Assembly: GCA_964016885.1 (NCBI GenBank) | Contig: OZ024746.1 | Span: 77,872,001-77,936,000 of the forward strand | Reading direction: 5' to 3' | Length of the DNA: 64,000 bases | Source: Eledone cirrhosa | Lineage: Eukaryota | In this document: positions 15,135 through 29,343 of the stretch, piece after piece | How positions within the stretch are numbered: the first letter of the stretch is position 1 | How the letters are laid out: each line of letters begins with the position of its first letter | Position numbers and translations under genes: made by a program | The notes under the pieces: generated by a model | Told to the model about the DNA's origin: nothing | Databases searched by the model: none | What the model saw: the letters and a program-made list of their open reading frames with translations, nothing else

Positions 15135-17766
15135 CAAAAGTCATTATCTGTTTTTTATTGTAATGTGAGGCATGTAGAATGTAATGCCTTGCTGTGAAAT
15201 TGAACTCAAAACCTCGTGTAATAATACTCCCATATTACAACTACCCCCCCCCCCCCCCCCCCTGCAGTCTCTAACCACTTCAAACTTATTTTTCTAACCA
15301 ACATTTATTTTCAGATGTTAATTGGTGTTGTAGCCTTTACATGAGAATATTTATACTTTTAACCCTTTTAATACCAAACTGCCTGAAAGAAATCAATCTG
15401 ATATCTCTCAGAAAATGATAGTTCTAAAACATCAGATTTCTTTGGTTTAACTGTTTTGATTCCAAACCACATGAAACCACTGTTTATTTCTCTAATACAA
15501 AGCAGTTTATTTTAATTTTTAAACTGTTTATCGTCATCGTCATTGTTGTTTGACATCTCTTTTCCCTTCTAGTAAGGGTTGGACATGTTGTTACAGATCA
15601 GTCAGTACTGAAGTGGAACCTCTGACCTCCAGGTGGGCTGGGGGCCCAACATAGGGTCTCACGCTCTCTGTAGTGTATTTTATCATGGCACTAATACTAG
15701 TGAAGCTGTCATGTCTTTCGTGTAGCTAAGGAGTCTTCCCAACCCTTTGTTTAGTAGGTTGTAGGTTTTACTATGGCTTGATGCCCTTCCTATCACTAAC
15801 CACTTTACAAAGTGTACTAAATCACCAATACTAGAGAGGTTGTTGTGTATATGACACAGCTGAAGAGTCCTCCTGACTCTTTGGCAAGTTTTCCTTATTG
15901 TTGGATACCCTTCCTCTCACCAACCACTTTACAGAATGTATTCGGTGCATTTATCATCTTTATATTTGTCTAAAATCCTTCCATTTTAATTTTGAGTGTC
16001 GGGGACCATGCTTTGCAACATTGAGTTGTGGCCCTTTACGTCCTGGGTTCAAATCCTGCCGAGGTTAACTTTGCCTTTTATCCTTACGGAAGTCGATAAA
16101 ATAGAGCACTGGCGTAATTGGTGGCGTTGTGCCAAAAGTAGAAACAATTATAAATTTATGCAAGAATCTTTGTTAAGTTACATTCCAAACACCAGCTTAA
16201 TAATGAGAAAATGAATTCCATTACTAAATCCTTCCATATACTTGATTATTTTCAAAATTTATATATATGTTTATTCTTGTACAATAAACTTCTTTTGATA
16301 TTTTGTAAAAGGTTTGAACCTTCTGGCTGAGTATTCCATTCCAACCAATGTCCATTTATATCTCAACAGCCATCTATTCCATCCTGCTTCACACTTCTCT
16401 TTACTCCTGTTATTTACACCACTTTATACATTAATTAGCGATCATTCTACTTCATTGCTTTAACCTGAAATCTTCAACCAAGATTTGCCATGATTTCCCT
16501 CAAGTTCATACATTTAATAATTCCCACTCCATTTTTTTTTTTAAAGTTTCATTAATGATCAGCATTTCTTCTGTGGTTTTCATGCAAACCCTGCCACCAC
16601 CACCAGAACCACCTACACAGCCAGGATTGGTGACTTGTACACGTGGTGGCAGGAGGTCAAGATTCAATGAGTTAACAATGCTTTATATTTACTCCAGTGA
16701 CATGTAGCAACTTTTAGTTAAGAAGTTGTCTATTATTAAGTTACCGCAGGTAAATCATATACCACAAGCCACCAAAGCGAACATTTTTTCTTTTGTTTTT
16801 GTTTTTAATAGGATGCTGATCCTTTGTGGTTGATAATCAATTAATTGTTCAGGAACTCACCATGTATTCTGAGGTGAATTTGCTGAACTATACCGACTTC
16901 ATGCATATTACTTCAAACCCTCATATAATTATTATATTTTGCCTTTGAGCTAGGTACATAACTCTGCTTCTCTGCTTGCTTCATTTACAGATTCAGATTC
17001 AGATTTAGTGGTTAGTAAATGATTTACAGATTCAGATTTAGTGGTTAGTAAATGGTTGGAAGAAGATTTAGGTGTAAAATAATTGCTTTAACAGAAACCA
17101 CTCATGTTATACCAGCCAAAAAAAAACATTGGATTTAAAACATAAGGAGGATTATCACTTGAAATAATATAATTTGTGAAGGTGTGTAACTAGGAATAAT
17201 GTTGTTGGCTAAATCCCATGAAGTGGTGCTCAAGCATGGCCACAGTCAAGTGTGAGAAACCAATAAAAGAATACTGTCGGCTGACTAATATTCCGTTAAT
17301 GTTTTTCAGCAAATTAACCCAATTGATGCGAACTTTACCAAAACTGCTTCTGGTTCTATGAAACAAAACTACCCGTTTTAAAAGGTTCCTACTTAACTTA
17401 AAATCTTCCAACATTATTTTATATGAGAATCAAATGTTAAGCTGCTATCTTAGTAATGAAATAATAATTTTAGAAAATCCTTCAGAATTCTTCATTAATT
17501 ACTGTAGATACTTAAATATAAGCTGACACATATTTTATGTTTGAGGCAAGGTAAAAACATTCAAACTCTGTATATAAGCTGAGGTAGCTCATCAACACAT
17601 CATGTTTAGGTGGCATGATTTTGAAATTCTCATGAGTAGAGTTTTTAAGTGACACTTAGAATATAGTTTTTGTTTCACACCATTATGTAATGATAGTTAA
17701 CCAATGTTTTTACCTTTTTGAATGCTAGATTCATTCAAAACACATCAAGAACAATAAGAAAATCAA

Positions 17767-18441
17767 AAAGTGAACCCGGTGTAATGTTCACCTCCAAAGT
17801 GAAACCGGTGTAATGTTCATCTCCAAAGTGAAACCGGTGTAATGTTCACCTCCAAATTGAAACTGGTGTAATGTTCATCTCCAAAGTCAAACCGGTGTAA
17901 TGTTCACCTCCAAAGTGAAACCGGTGTCATGTTCACCTCCAAAGTGAAACCGGTGTAATGTTCACCTCCAAAGTGAAACCGGTGTAACGTTCACCTCCAA
18001 AGTGAAACTGGTGTAATGTTCATCTCCAAAGTGAAACCGGTGTCATGTTCACCTCCAAAGTGAAACCGGTGTAATGTTCACCTCCAAAGTGAAACCGGTG
18101 TAATGTTCACCTCCAAAGTGAAACCGGTGTAACGTTCACCTCCAAAGTGAAACCGGTGTAATGTTCATCTCCAAAGTGAAACCGGTGTAATGTTCATCTC
18201 CAAAGTGAAACCGGTGTAATGTTCATCTCCAAAGTGAAACCGGTGTAATGTTCATCTCCAAAGTGAAACCGGTGTAATGTTCACCTCCAAAGTGAAACCG
18301 GTGTAATGTTCATCTCCAAAGTGAAACCGGTGTAATGTTCACCTCCAAAGTGAAACCGGTGTAATGTTCACCTCCAAAGTGAAACCGGTGTAATGTTCAT
18401 CTCCAAAGTGAAACCGGTGTAATGTTCACTCCCAAAGCGAA
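17767..18441. repeat. 29-bp minisatellite (aaagtgaaaccggtgtaatgttcacctcc), ~23 copies
   Basis: Period 29 (ctcc at 17792 and 17821). No spacers. Confidence 0.95.
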
Positions 18442-21018
18442 AATATTTTAGCACCTTATTTATGTAGAAGTTGGCGAACATCAGCAAAATATTGATCTCA
18501 AATATAAGCCGACTTCTCCCCCTCTCCATTTTACCATCAAATTTTTTATCCCATTTTTCTTGGCTTATATATGTACTAGTATGTACGGTAATTGTAATAA
18601 AGTATATTTATTTCATTATAAATACAGTCACAAAAGTGTTAAATCCCTTTTCCTTTTAAAATGTAACCCTATACTGGCTACATGCTCTATTTATGAAATA
18701 AACAATTTCTGATAAGCAGTGCATGTTGAAGATGTATATCTAACTTGATTTTATTTACATGGCCACAGACACACACTTTGACATGTTAATCAATCTCTCA
18801 GATGGCTAACAGATAATTTCAGTCAGAGATCAACTAATGGTAATGCTATAAGACTCAACAACAACAAACAAACAAGCAAACAAAAAAATAAAAGGAAGAT
18901 GATGTTTAAATGTGTTGAAGGATAATTAAACTTTAACCCCCCCTCCCTCCAACACTCCCCCCTCCTCCCAACACTCCCCCCTCTCCCCGTTTCCATCTAC
19001 ACTCACTAGTTATGTGCCAGACCAACTCCTCTGTTGTGTTTAAATACATAACCCAGGTTCAGTGCTAATTAACAGCTGAAGTTGCAAGTGATAAAGTTAG
19101 TGTGAATTGGGTGTTATAAAAATATTGTGTTGAGCAAATCACACCAACTTAACCCACAGATATAAATTTGATTATTGCAATGGTTGTTGTTGTTGTTGTT
19201 GTTGTTGTTGTCGTTGTTTCGGCCAGGTCTAGTCAACCCAGATCAAGCAGAGCTTTGTATGATTAAAAAGAGATTATAGGTTTGTTTTGTCTGGCAACCA
19301 GAATTTATTTGAAGTGTTAATAAAAGGTTTTGTTGTTTTAGTTAACACTTTTGCTGAGGGTTGGCACTACCAACAAGGCCAACTAGGCAACCAGCCACCT
19401 AAGATGCAAACCTCAGAGGTGCATTCACTGAACTTCAAGGGATCACAGTTTCATATGAATTTGAATTACTAAACTGAATACATAATAATTTCTTGTGATC
19501 AATAAATAAACCACTAAACTATTTGTTGTGTATGGTGACGGACCTGTCATATACATGATTTGGCATGGGTGAGCGCAAGGCGGCAAATTGGCAGAGTCGT
19601 TAAGACATCGGATAGAATTCTTTACGATATTCGTCCCACCTCATTGCACGCTCTGAGTTCAAATCCCGCCGTGGTCAACTTTGCCTTTCATCCTTTCAAG
19701 ATCGATAAAATAAAGTATCAGTCCAATATTGGGTTGATTCTTCCTCTATAGAAAAGATCGGTTGTTTTCAGACTTGGAGAGGGTTGTGCTCCACCAGGTT
19801 TAAAAGTACCCTAGACACGCCTCTACAATTCCACAAGGAGTTATGGAATGGGGGTGGACTGTATAATGGAAAATGTAGGTGTAGTAAATTACTTAGTGTG
19901 GTCAAAGCAAGAACTGTCAACAATTAGGTTTGTCAGCTTTTCAGTAATTTAATATTATATTATTCGGGAGAAGGGTGTACACTTTGTTGGGTTAACCTAG
20001 GGCATGAAGTTCCCACATGCTGGCTCTGCTTATGCTAGTTGCTGGTGGAAAGCTTATATTGTAGCCAGGACTGACACCAACTAAAAGTTGTTTAGCAAAA
20101 CTATTGGTCACATAAATCATGCAGATTACACAGCAAAATATCACACAGAGTAGATGGTTTGTTTGCTTCATACCTTGGACATCTAAATCATTCCCCCATC
20201 CTGTGCACTCCTGAAACAACCATGAGTAAGGACAGGAGAGTTTGGCCAGTAAAATTTGCTGTAAGCCTAAGTTGTGTTGTCATGGCTAAAGAGCAATTAA
20301 ATTTGCTGTGAAAATGAAAGTTGCCATTTGATGAAGATTTTCACAGCTTCCAAAGTGTATGAAAACAGTGTTACATGGCAATAAAGTAGAGTTTCTCTAA
20401 ATTCAGCAAGCAGATATTTGGTATTAGTTTATGGGACAGGATCAGCTGTGTATGACAATCATTTGTTCAATGGTCTGCTACAGAGACAAAGGCCTCAAAT
20501 AAATCTTAGTTTTCATAGAGAAGCTGTTTCTTGGTTTGATTTACAAACTTCCTTTATACATTCCTGTGAATAAATGTGTCTATTGTTTCATCAAATATTA
20601 TTTCATGATTCAAGATGTTTTATTCTATTTGTTTTAGCTTTAGTTTTGTTGAATTATCAACCACCCCACCCCCACACATACACACACCACACACAAAAAA
20701 AAAAAGAAAAGAAAAAGTAGATTAACCCTTTTGATACCAACCTACCTGAAACACCCTTTCTCTCTCTCTCTCTGATACAAAACTGTTTGTTTCAATTCTG
20801 AACACCATGTAATGATTTAGCAGAAAATATTCCCCCCCCAAAATGGGTTTGTTAATTCAAATGTTTGTACTATCTTTACTAGTGGACAGATCATTGAACA
20901 TTTGCAGTATTAGAAAGTAAATATTTTAATTTGTAATGTGATGCAGTTATAGTGCTGTTTCATACTTTTCAAGAATTGTCTTGCTAATGCTGTTTCATTC
21001 AGTACAGGACATTAAGAG

Positions 21019-21644
21019 TTAACACATTATCATTTAAATTACTCTCTATATACTATTGTATTTTCACAGAAAAGGCTTTAACTCACATAATTATCTCACA
21101 TAATATCGAATCTACGTATGAAATTTTAATATTATTTATTTTGAGAACAATACCTTAATGTCAGTCTGAGCAACCAGTTATGGCCGCTTTGAACTGAAAG
21201 AGATGAAAGAATTTTGGCCAGATATGGCCGGTTTAACTGCTAAAGGGTTAAAATCCATATATTTATCTAAACACACCAGATTAACCCTTTTGATATCACA
21301 AGATACCTTTTGGTATCAAGCTATGCCTACCTAGTTCTACCATGCAAAACTGTGTTTTAAAATGTATATATACATTTATCTAAAGAAACCTTCCATCATA
21401 ATATTATATAAGAACCTATTTTAAGACTTGCTGAATGAGTGCCTTGGCATAGGTTAAGTGGGGAAAAACAGATGTAAAGATAATGATGGTGATAAGCTTG
21501 GTTCCAAACAGCAGCTAAATAATAAGAAATTTTGCTATATTGCTAAACCTCTCCAAGTTTTTGATTATTTCCAAAATTAATTGAAAATCATTGGCAATGG
21601 TGGTGTTTTTTTTTTTATTAGAAATATGGTAAGAAAAGGGTTAA
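21019..21644. mobile_element. Adjacent piggyBac-like MITEs: family D (21019-21251) and family E (21281-21644)
   Basis: Both end aagggTTAA. Family E starts TTAAcccttttgata. Confidence 0.7.
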
Positions 21645-21779
21645 AACACTTTTTACTTAAAGAAAATTGTTATTTTATGCCTGCTCTCCATGTTGACATG
21701 GGTTGAACTTGTCATTGTCTGAGACAAGACATGGTTGGATAACCATGTCTTGTTGATATGTTCCATATTTTGGCTTGTT

Positions 21780-21835
<56 letters not shown>

Positions 21836-21847
21836 TATGTGAGTATA

Positions 21848-21894
<47 letters not shown>

Positions 21895-21903
21895 ATGAGT
21901 ATA

Positions 21904-21950
<47 letters not shown>

Positions 21951-22446
21951 ATATAATATATATGCACTCACACTTGCTGTTTAATAGCAAATACGTGTGT
22001 ATTCATATGTGAATATGCACATACTTATATGATACTCACAAATAAATATGTTAATTTTATTGCACTTATAGATTTCTACATAAAGATATACTCAAATGCT
22101 ATACAGTTTTATTGCATACATAAACATATATATATATATTTATATATATATATTTATATATATATGTGTTTGTGTATGTGTGTGCTTATGTTTTAATATG
22201 TTAATTCACACATACAAATGAAAGTACACATATCTCCTCAGAAAAGATTACTCAACATTCTATTTATTGATAAAGTAAATAAAACTGGGGAAAAAAAAGT
22301 GTATTGTATATATGTGTGGTGGTGGTTGGAGTGCGAGCTGGTTATGAGGAGGAGGTGGTGGTGGGGAAAGAAAAACAATAGATTTTCTATGATGTTTGAA
22401 ACAATTTGTTTCACTCCTTGTCTAAACAAAACACTAGAGAGAGAAT

Positions 22447-22486
<40 letters not shown>

Positions 22487-23559
22487 TAAATAGTTATTAT
22501 CTATGGTGGTGTTGGTGGAAAGATAAATATGTGTAATCAGAACTCACATATACACACATGAAGAACAACAGAGATAGAGAAGAGAGAAGAGCGAGAGAGA
22601 GAGAGAGATCATGGGTGTGAGGAGCGGTGAGAAGAGATAGAGGGAGGGAGGGATGGAGAAAGAGATAGCTAGGAGGGAGGAGGAGATAGAGGAAAGGAGA
22701 GAGGAAAAGATATAGAGAGCAGTGGTAGATATAGAGAGGGGCAAAAGATATAGATAGAGAGGGAGAGATGGGTGGGGTGATTAGTATGCTCTCTACTAGT
22801 CATAGTACTTGTTGTATTACAATGTTTATTATATCAGTGGTAGTTAACATGGAGTCTTTAACCTTAACCATGAGTCAACAGACTGTTGTTGTCTCATTCC
22901 ACTACAACTGCCAATAATTCCTAGAGAAAGACAGAAGAGGGTGGTGAGAGAGTGTATGTAGTTTCCAAAGGAGGAATTGAAGAGGTATAGATATATGAGA
23001 TGGTAAAGTTTGTGTAAACAGAAGGGACTGCATTGTTATTTATTGTGCTGTTGTTGGTGTATAGCTTTTCATAATAGATATCTTGAATTGATCACAGGTG
23101 TGTGTGTGTGTGTGTGTGTGTGTCAAACAGAAGACATAATTACTATTGTATTTGCTTAGAAGTTCATCTCTGCCTGAGTTGTCTGTGAAAGTATTGTCTT
23201 TTGGTGGAGACTGGAATGGTGTTCAGGTTTTCCTCTGTTGCTGTGTCTGTGTTTGTTTTTTCTTGTATTTTTAATGTAATGTATTTGGTTGTGGTTGTGT
23301 GAGTTGTGTTATTCTACTTATATTTTTACTATCCATCCTTCCATGATTCTGTTTAACCTCTTTGTTACCAACATTGCCAAAACTGACTCTGGGTCTATGA
23401 AAAAAAACACCAAAACCCACACATTTGAAAGGGTTTGTATTTTAATTAAAATCTAGCATAATTTTATATAAGATCCATATGTTTAGTTACTATCTTAGTA
23501 ATAAAATAATCTATAATTTCAGTAAAAACCTCAAAGTTCTTCATTAATTAATTGAAATA

Positions 23560-23750
23560 GGGCGGCGGATTGGCAGTATCGGTAGAGGGTCGGACGCCAT
23601 GCTTTCCAGCATAGTTACGTCCCTTTATGATCTGAGTTCAAATCCCGCCAAGGTTAACTTTGCCTTTCATCCTTACGGGGTCGATAAAATAAAGTACCAG
23701 TAATGCACTGGGATAATTGCTGGCCTTGTGCCTAAAGTAGAAACAATTAA
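23560..23750 (+). mobile_element. SINE family A with target-site duplication, nested in a TTAA-MITE
   Basis: Direct repeat attaattaattgaaatag at 23543-23560 and 23746-23763. Confidence 0.9.
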
Positions 23751-24962
23751 TTAATTGAAATAGAGTGTATTTTATGATAAAAACAGTCACTATGGGGTCA
23801 AGACAATAGCACCCTTCTAACATTTTTGGCTTTCTATCAAATTTTAAAACCTCATCGTCATTAAAAAGGCTATCGGCTATTGGCCTTCATCATGGCTGAG
23901 AAGTTCCTACTTTTTGTAAATTCTATTGTTTATCTAAGATTATTTTAATTATCTACTCTTTGTCAAGGTGACTCCATAAAGTCATTTTTTTTTTTTTTTG
24001 TTTCTGCTTTTTATTTGTTCACTTTTCAACTGAAGTATTTCAGAGATCTTCTTTTGTGAAGTTACACAGCCTTGTGGTCCAGGAATTAATCTCAATGATT
24101 ACAAACAGCAGCAGTTTGCTGGAGGTTAACTTTGCAATGGACTAGTGTCCTATCCAGAAAAAGTGTTATACTCTCAGTTACTTAACTCTACATCTAAGTA
24201 AAATAAGCTCCAGTTTAAATGGTTTTACTTAACATAGTGAAGGTTAGTGTGTTAGCTTCAGTGTCAATTGTAAATTGCTCTAGATTAAACTACTTTAATA
24301 CAAACCCAGCTGAAACACCCCTGGTTTTATGATAGAAAAGTGTCCATACATATATTAAAACCTTCTATCATGATTTTCTATAAGAAATTTTTAATGTTCC
24401 AAACATTAACTAACTAATGAAAAATTCCTGCAACTTTTTTTTTTATTTTCAAATTTATTAGAAATATGGTAATAAAAGAGTTGACCATTTTTATACTAGC
24501 TCAACCAAAACCTGCTCTGGTTCTCTGAAACAAAGTCACCCATTTTAAAGGGTTTCCATTTAAATTAAAATCTTCCAACATAATTTGATATAAGAAACTT
24601 TTGTTAAGATATGTTACAAAAGCAATCATAAGGAAATAGTTAATAATTTTTGTAGATCCCTCAAAATTTCTCATTAATATGATGTATTTCATTAGAAATA
24701 TTGTAACAAAAGCCTTAAACACACTAAATGTGTGTGGCCTAGTAATTAGGGTGTTGGATTCATAGTTGTAATATCATTGATTCATTCCTCAGACCAGGCA
24801 GCACAGTGTGTCCTTGAGCAAGATATTTCATTTCACACTGAACCAGCTCACTCAGCTGATAAAAATTTGACTCAATGTAACAAAGCCTACTTCTATTGCA
24901 GCACATGGAGTAGTGGACATAATGGACATAATGCCCTGTGGTACACACACAACGCACACACG

Positions 24963-25001
<39 letters not shown>

Positions 25002-25994
25002 CACATTTACACACAATTATAAACTGTCAAATATATAGGTTGCTCAGTAACTTAGCATTTTTCACATGTGTTGTTCATGAGGGTTGTTCATGTATGAAAT
25101 ATATGTTGCCAAGAAACCTATTTATTTGATTGCTTAGTGTGGAATGTGAACAAAAGATCACTTTATTAAGTTGTGTTTTATGTAATTCTGATCTCTTTAT
25201 TGTTGTTGCTTTTTTTTTTTCTAAGGTAATTTTTTTTTTCTTTAGATTTTGTGTATGTATATATGTATGTATGTATGTGTGTGTGTGTGTGTTTCTTTTT
25301 CTTTTTCTCTTTGTGACAACTCATTTGAATTTGTTACAAGAAAATGTCTTGGGAGTGTTCTTGAGAGATGTAATCATGGTTTATTTTACAGAACACTCAA
25401 TCAACACTTGCTGTTACGAAAACATTAATAATGATAATAATAATAAAATAGTAACCCCCTCCCCCACCCTGTGGCCTCTTTTGGAGTCTAGTTTCTCTAA
25501 TGAGTAATTGTGGCTGGCTGTACATATACATACATATATACATAGAAAAAGGCTTGGCAAGCTCTTACTGACACATGCACATGCACACACATACATGTGT
25601 GAGTGGTGGGATGCACCACCATATTGTGAATTAATGTTATTTTTACCACATGACAGTTTTTTCACTCTTTTGAATCTCCCCCTCATCCTTCTCGCTAACC
25701 CTTTGTCTCGCTCTCTCTCTCTCAGGTTAAGCTAAGACACATGTCTTTTCCTATCCTGCCTGTCTCATTCTTCTGTCATCTTTATCCCCCCCCCCTCCCC
25801 GGCCTTAATTTTCTAATCCTTTTTAATTAAACTTTATTAAGTCTAGACCAGAAAAGGGTTAAGGGATGGGAATGGGGTTAATAAAATGTTGGAACTGGTG
25901 ACATTTTAATTGCAAAAACAATTAGTCTCATTTAAATTCTCTCCACTTCTTATTTTGAGCTTTGCTCTAGGTCAAATGTGTGTGTGTTTGTGTT

Positions 25995-26048
<54 letters not shown>

Positions 26049-26183
26049 TGTGTGTGTGTGTGTGTGTTTGTGGGTTTGTGTTTGTGCATCATCATCATCA
26101 AATGGCTTCTTTTGATGCCGACATTGGCTAGATGGGTTTTCACTGTCTGAGACTAGCCAGGGCCAGTTGGACCTTATTTTGCT

Positions 26184-26215
<32 letters not shown>

Positions 26216-26299
26216 CTATCTATATCTATATATATGAAATATATCTATCTATCTATATATATATATATATATATGTATATGTATGTATGTGTGGGTGTG

Positions 26300-26558
26300 T
26301 ATCATCATCATTTTTGTCCACTTTGCCATCCTTGCATGAATTGGGTGGCTCCTTTTTCAGCTCAGCATCTCTCCACTCGTCACATTCCTTTGTCGTTTCT
26401 TCTGTCATCCCTCACCAATTCTTCCCAGGTCTTCCTTGGTCTTCCTCTACTGCAGCTTCCTTTCACTAAGATTACTTGGCATGTCTTCACCCAGTAATCA
26501 TCATCCATGTACATCACATGTCCATACCAACGCAGTCTTCTCTCCTGCACACTACTTA
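26300..26558 (-). pseudogene. RTE-clade LINE relic (C-terminus of RT ORF plus GAT tail)
   Basis: The translation VQERRLRWYGHVMYMDDDYWVK...GSCSRGRPRKTWEELVRDD matches the RTE C-terminal RLRWxGHV...GRPxxxW motif. Confidence 0.8.
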
Positions 26559-26628
26559 TGTGTGTATACATATATATATATATATATACATACATTAATA
26601 AATGGAAACTATATTTATAAAACTATAT

Positions 26629-26682
<54 letters not shown>

Positions 26683-26686
<4 letters not shown>

Positions 26687-27005
26687 GGCACATGACTTAG
26701 TGGTTACAGCATTGGCCTTGCAATCGAAAGGTTGTGAGTTCAATTCTCAGACCAGGTGATGTGTTGTTTCCTTGAGCAAGACACTTTATTTCACATTGCA
26801 CCAGTTTACTCAGCTGACTGGGGTCCCTATCATTCCACTGCAAAGTGGTCGTGGAGGTGCCAGGGCAAAAAAGCACCCAGCACTCACTCTAAATGAGGTT
26901 GGTGTTAGGAAGGGCATCCAGCTGTAGAAATCAAGCCAGAATCAGTTCCCGTTCAACCCTTGCAAGCAGGGAAAAGTGGACGTAAAATGATGATGATGAT
27001 GATGA
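26683..27005 (+). mobile_element. SINE family B
   Basis: Same head, core and tail as 5190-5530. Begins directly after (TA)n. Confidence 0.85.
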
Positions 27006-27066
27006 TATATACAATATATTAATAAATGGAAACTATTTTTATAAAACTATATTTATAAAATATATA

Positions 27067-27117
<51 letters not shown>

Positions 27118-27224
27118 TGCAAGGGCGGTGCCCCAGCATGGCGTCAGCCGGATGGCTGAAACAGGTAAAAGAGTAAAAGAGTATACAATATATTAATAAA
27201 TGGAAACTATATTTATAAAACCAT

Positions 27225-27297
27225 ATTTATTTTATTATACATATTTCAAGGGCAACCAAGGCAAATTATGGTGCGCTTTCATCAGATAAAATTAAAT
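27225..27297 (-). ncRNA. Type-I hammerhead ribozyme, second sequence group
   Basis: Minus strand reads attttat-CTGATGA-aagcgcacca...tggttgccctt-GAAA-tatgta-TA-ataaaat. Stems I and II pair, and stem III ATATGTAT is self-complementary with G.U pairs. Confidence 0.75.
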
Positions 27298-27566
27298 ATA
27301 ACCTCTACACACACACATATATATATATAAATGGCTGAGTGGTTAGAGAATTGGATTCACAATTGTGAGATTGGGATTTCAATTTCCAGACCGGATGATG
27401 CGTTATATCCTTGAGCAAGACACTTTATTTCATGTTGCTCCTGCCTGGATTTGTGACCAACGGATATTATTAGCAATTGGAAAGACCAATGGAAACATTG
27501 TTTCCTTGATCCAATTTGACGAGCTCTAACCCACTCATTAAGCAAATGAGGTCTGGGATCTTGTTG

Positions 27567-27600
<34 letters not shown>

Positions 27601-27655
27601 TGATTTAAAACTGCACTATCCACAAGTGTTTTTTAACCTTCATATCATGTCTTCC

Positions 27656-27726
27656 TGTTTTATCTGATGAAAACACAAATATTATTGCATGATGATATTT
27701 GTTTTTGAAATGCGCATAATAAAATA
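27656..27726 (+). ncRNA. Type-I hammerhead ribozyme with long stem II
   Basis: ttttat-CTGATGA-aaacacaaatattatt[gcat]gatgatatttgttttt-GAAA-tgcgca-TA-ataaaa. 15 of 16 stem II positions pair, and stem III ATGCGCAT is a perfect palindrome. Confidence 0.8.
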
Positions 27727-27754
27727 CATGGAACTCTTTTAACCATCTTTTGTT

Positions 27755-27785
<31 letters not shown>

Positions 27786-27796
<11 letters not shown>

Positions 27797-29343
27797 AATA
27801 TAGACATAGAATATTCGAAAATATTCTGTATGTTTATAATAAACATTTTGAAGACCTAATCGCTATAGAATAGAATACGTCACGTATTACAATTAGATTC
27901 TCGATAAAAGCAAGGGAAGTAAGTCTACGCGTTTCATTCTTGTTAGAATTCATCAGGACTACATATCCAGTGCTTTTATCGAGAATGACACAGCTAGAGA
28001 CTTATAGAATACTTAGCTGTGTACAGGAACTGGTTTGAAAGAGCGGTTGCCGGTCCGGCAGAAATTAGAAATTGGAATAAATGCTCTGAAATAGCGATAT
28101 ATATGTGAATATAGACATAGAATATTCGAAAATATTCTGTATGTTTATAATAAACATTTTGAAGACCTAATCGCTATAGAATAGAATACGTCACGTATTA
28201 CAATTAGATTCTCGATAAAAGCAAGGGAAGTAAGTCTACGCGTTTCATTCTTGTTAGAATTCATCAGGACTACATATCCAGTGCTTTTATCGAGAATGAC
28301 ACAGCTAGAGACTTATAGAATACTTAGCTGTGTACAGGAACTGGTTTGAAAGAGCGGTTGCCGGTCCGGCAGAAATTAGAAATTGGAATAAATGCTCTGA
28401 AATAGCGATATATATGTGAATATAGACATAGAATATTCGAAAATATTCTGTATGTTTATAATAAACATTTTGAAGACCTAATCGCTATAGAATAGAATAC
28501 GTCACGTATTACAATTAGATTCTCGATAAAAGCAAGGGAAGTAAGTCTACGCGTTTCATTCTTGTTAGAATTCATCAGGACTACATATCCAGTGCTTTTA
28601 TCGAGAATGACACAGCTAGAGACTTATAGAATACTTAGCTGTGTACAGGAACTGGTTTGAAAGAGCGGTTGCCGGTCCGGCAGAAATTAGAAATTGGAAT
28701 AAATGCTCTGAAATAGCGATATATATGTGAATATAGACATAGAATATTCGAAAATATTCTGTATGTTTATAATAAACATTTTGAAGACCTAATCGCTATA
28801 GAATAGAATACGTCACGTATTACAATTAGATTCTCGATAAAAGCAAGGGAAGTAAGTCTACGCGTTTCATTCTTGTTAGAATTCATCAGGACTACATATC
28901 CAGTGCTTTTATCGAGAATGACACAGCTAGAGACTTATAGAATACTTAGCTGTGTACAGGAACTGGTTTGAAAGAGCGGTTGCCGGTCCGGCAGAAATTA
29001 GAAATTGGAATAAATGCTCTGAAATAGCGATATATATGTGAATATAGACATAGAATATTCGAAAATATTCTGTATGTTTATAATAAACATTTTGAAGACC
29101 TAATCGCTATAGAATAGAATACGTCACGTATTACAATTAGATTCTCGATAAAAGCAAGGGAAGTAAGTCTACGCGTTTCATTCTTGTTAGAATTCATCAG
29201 GACTACATATCCAGTGCTTTTATCGAGAATGACACAGCTAGAGACTTATAGAATACTTAGCTGTGTACAGGAACTGGTTTGAAAGAGCGGTTGCCGGTCC
29301 GGCAGAAATTAGAAATTGGAATAAATGCTCTGAAATAGCGATA
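27786..29343 (-). repeat. Tandem array of ~5 x 311-bp hammerhead-bearing units (left arm; ribozyme sense on minus strand)
   Basis: The motif gtgaatatagacatag recurs at 27794, 28105, 28416, 28727 and 29038 (period 311). Units look identical by eye. The reverse complement of CTGATGA (tcatcag) is at 27950, 28261, 28572, 28883 and 29194. Confidence 0.95.

Noticed and set aside
17767-18441. CRISPR-like 29-bp repeats
   Set aside because: The units are contiguous with no unique spacers, there are no cas genes, and the context is eukaryotic.
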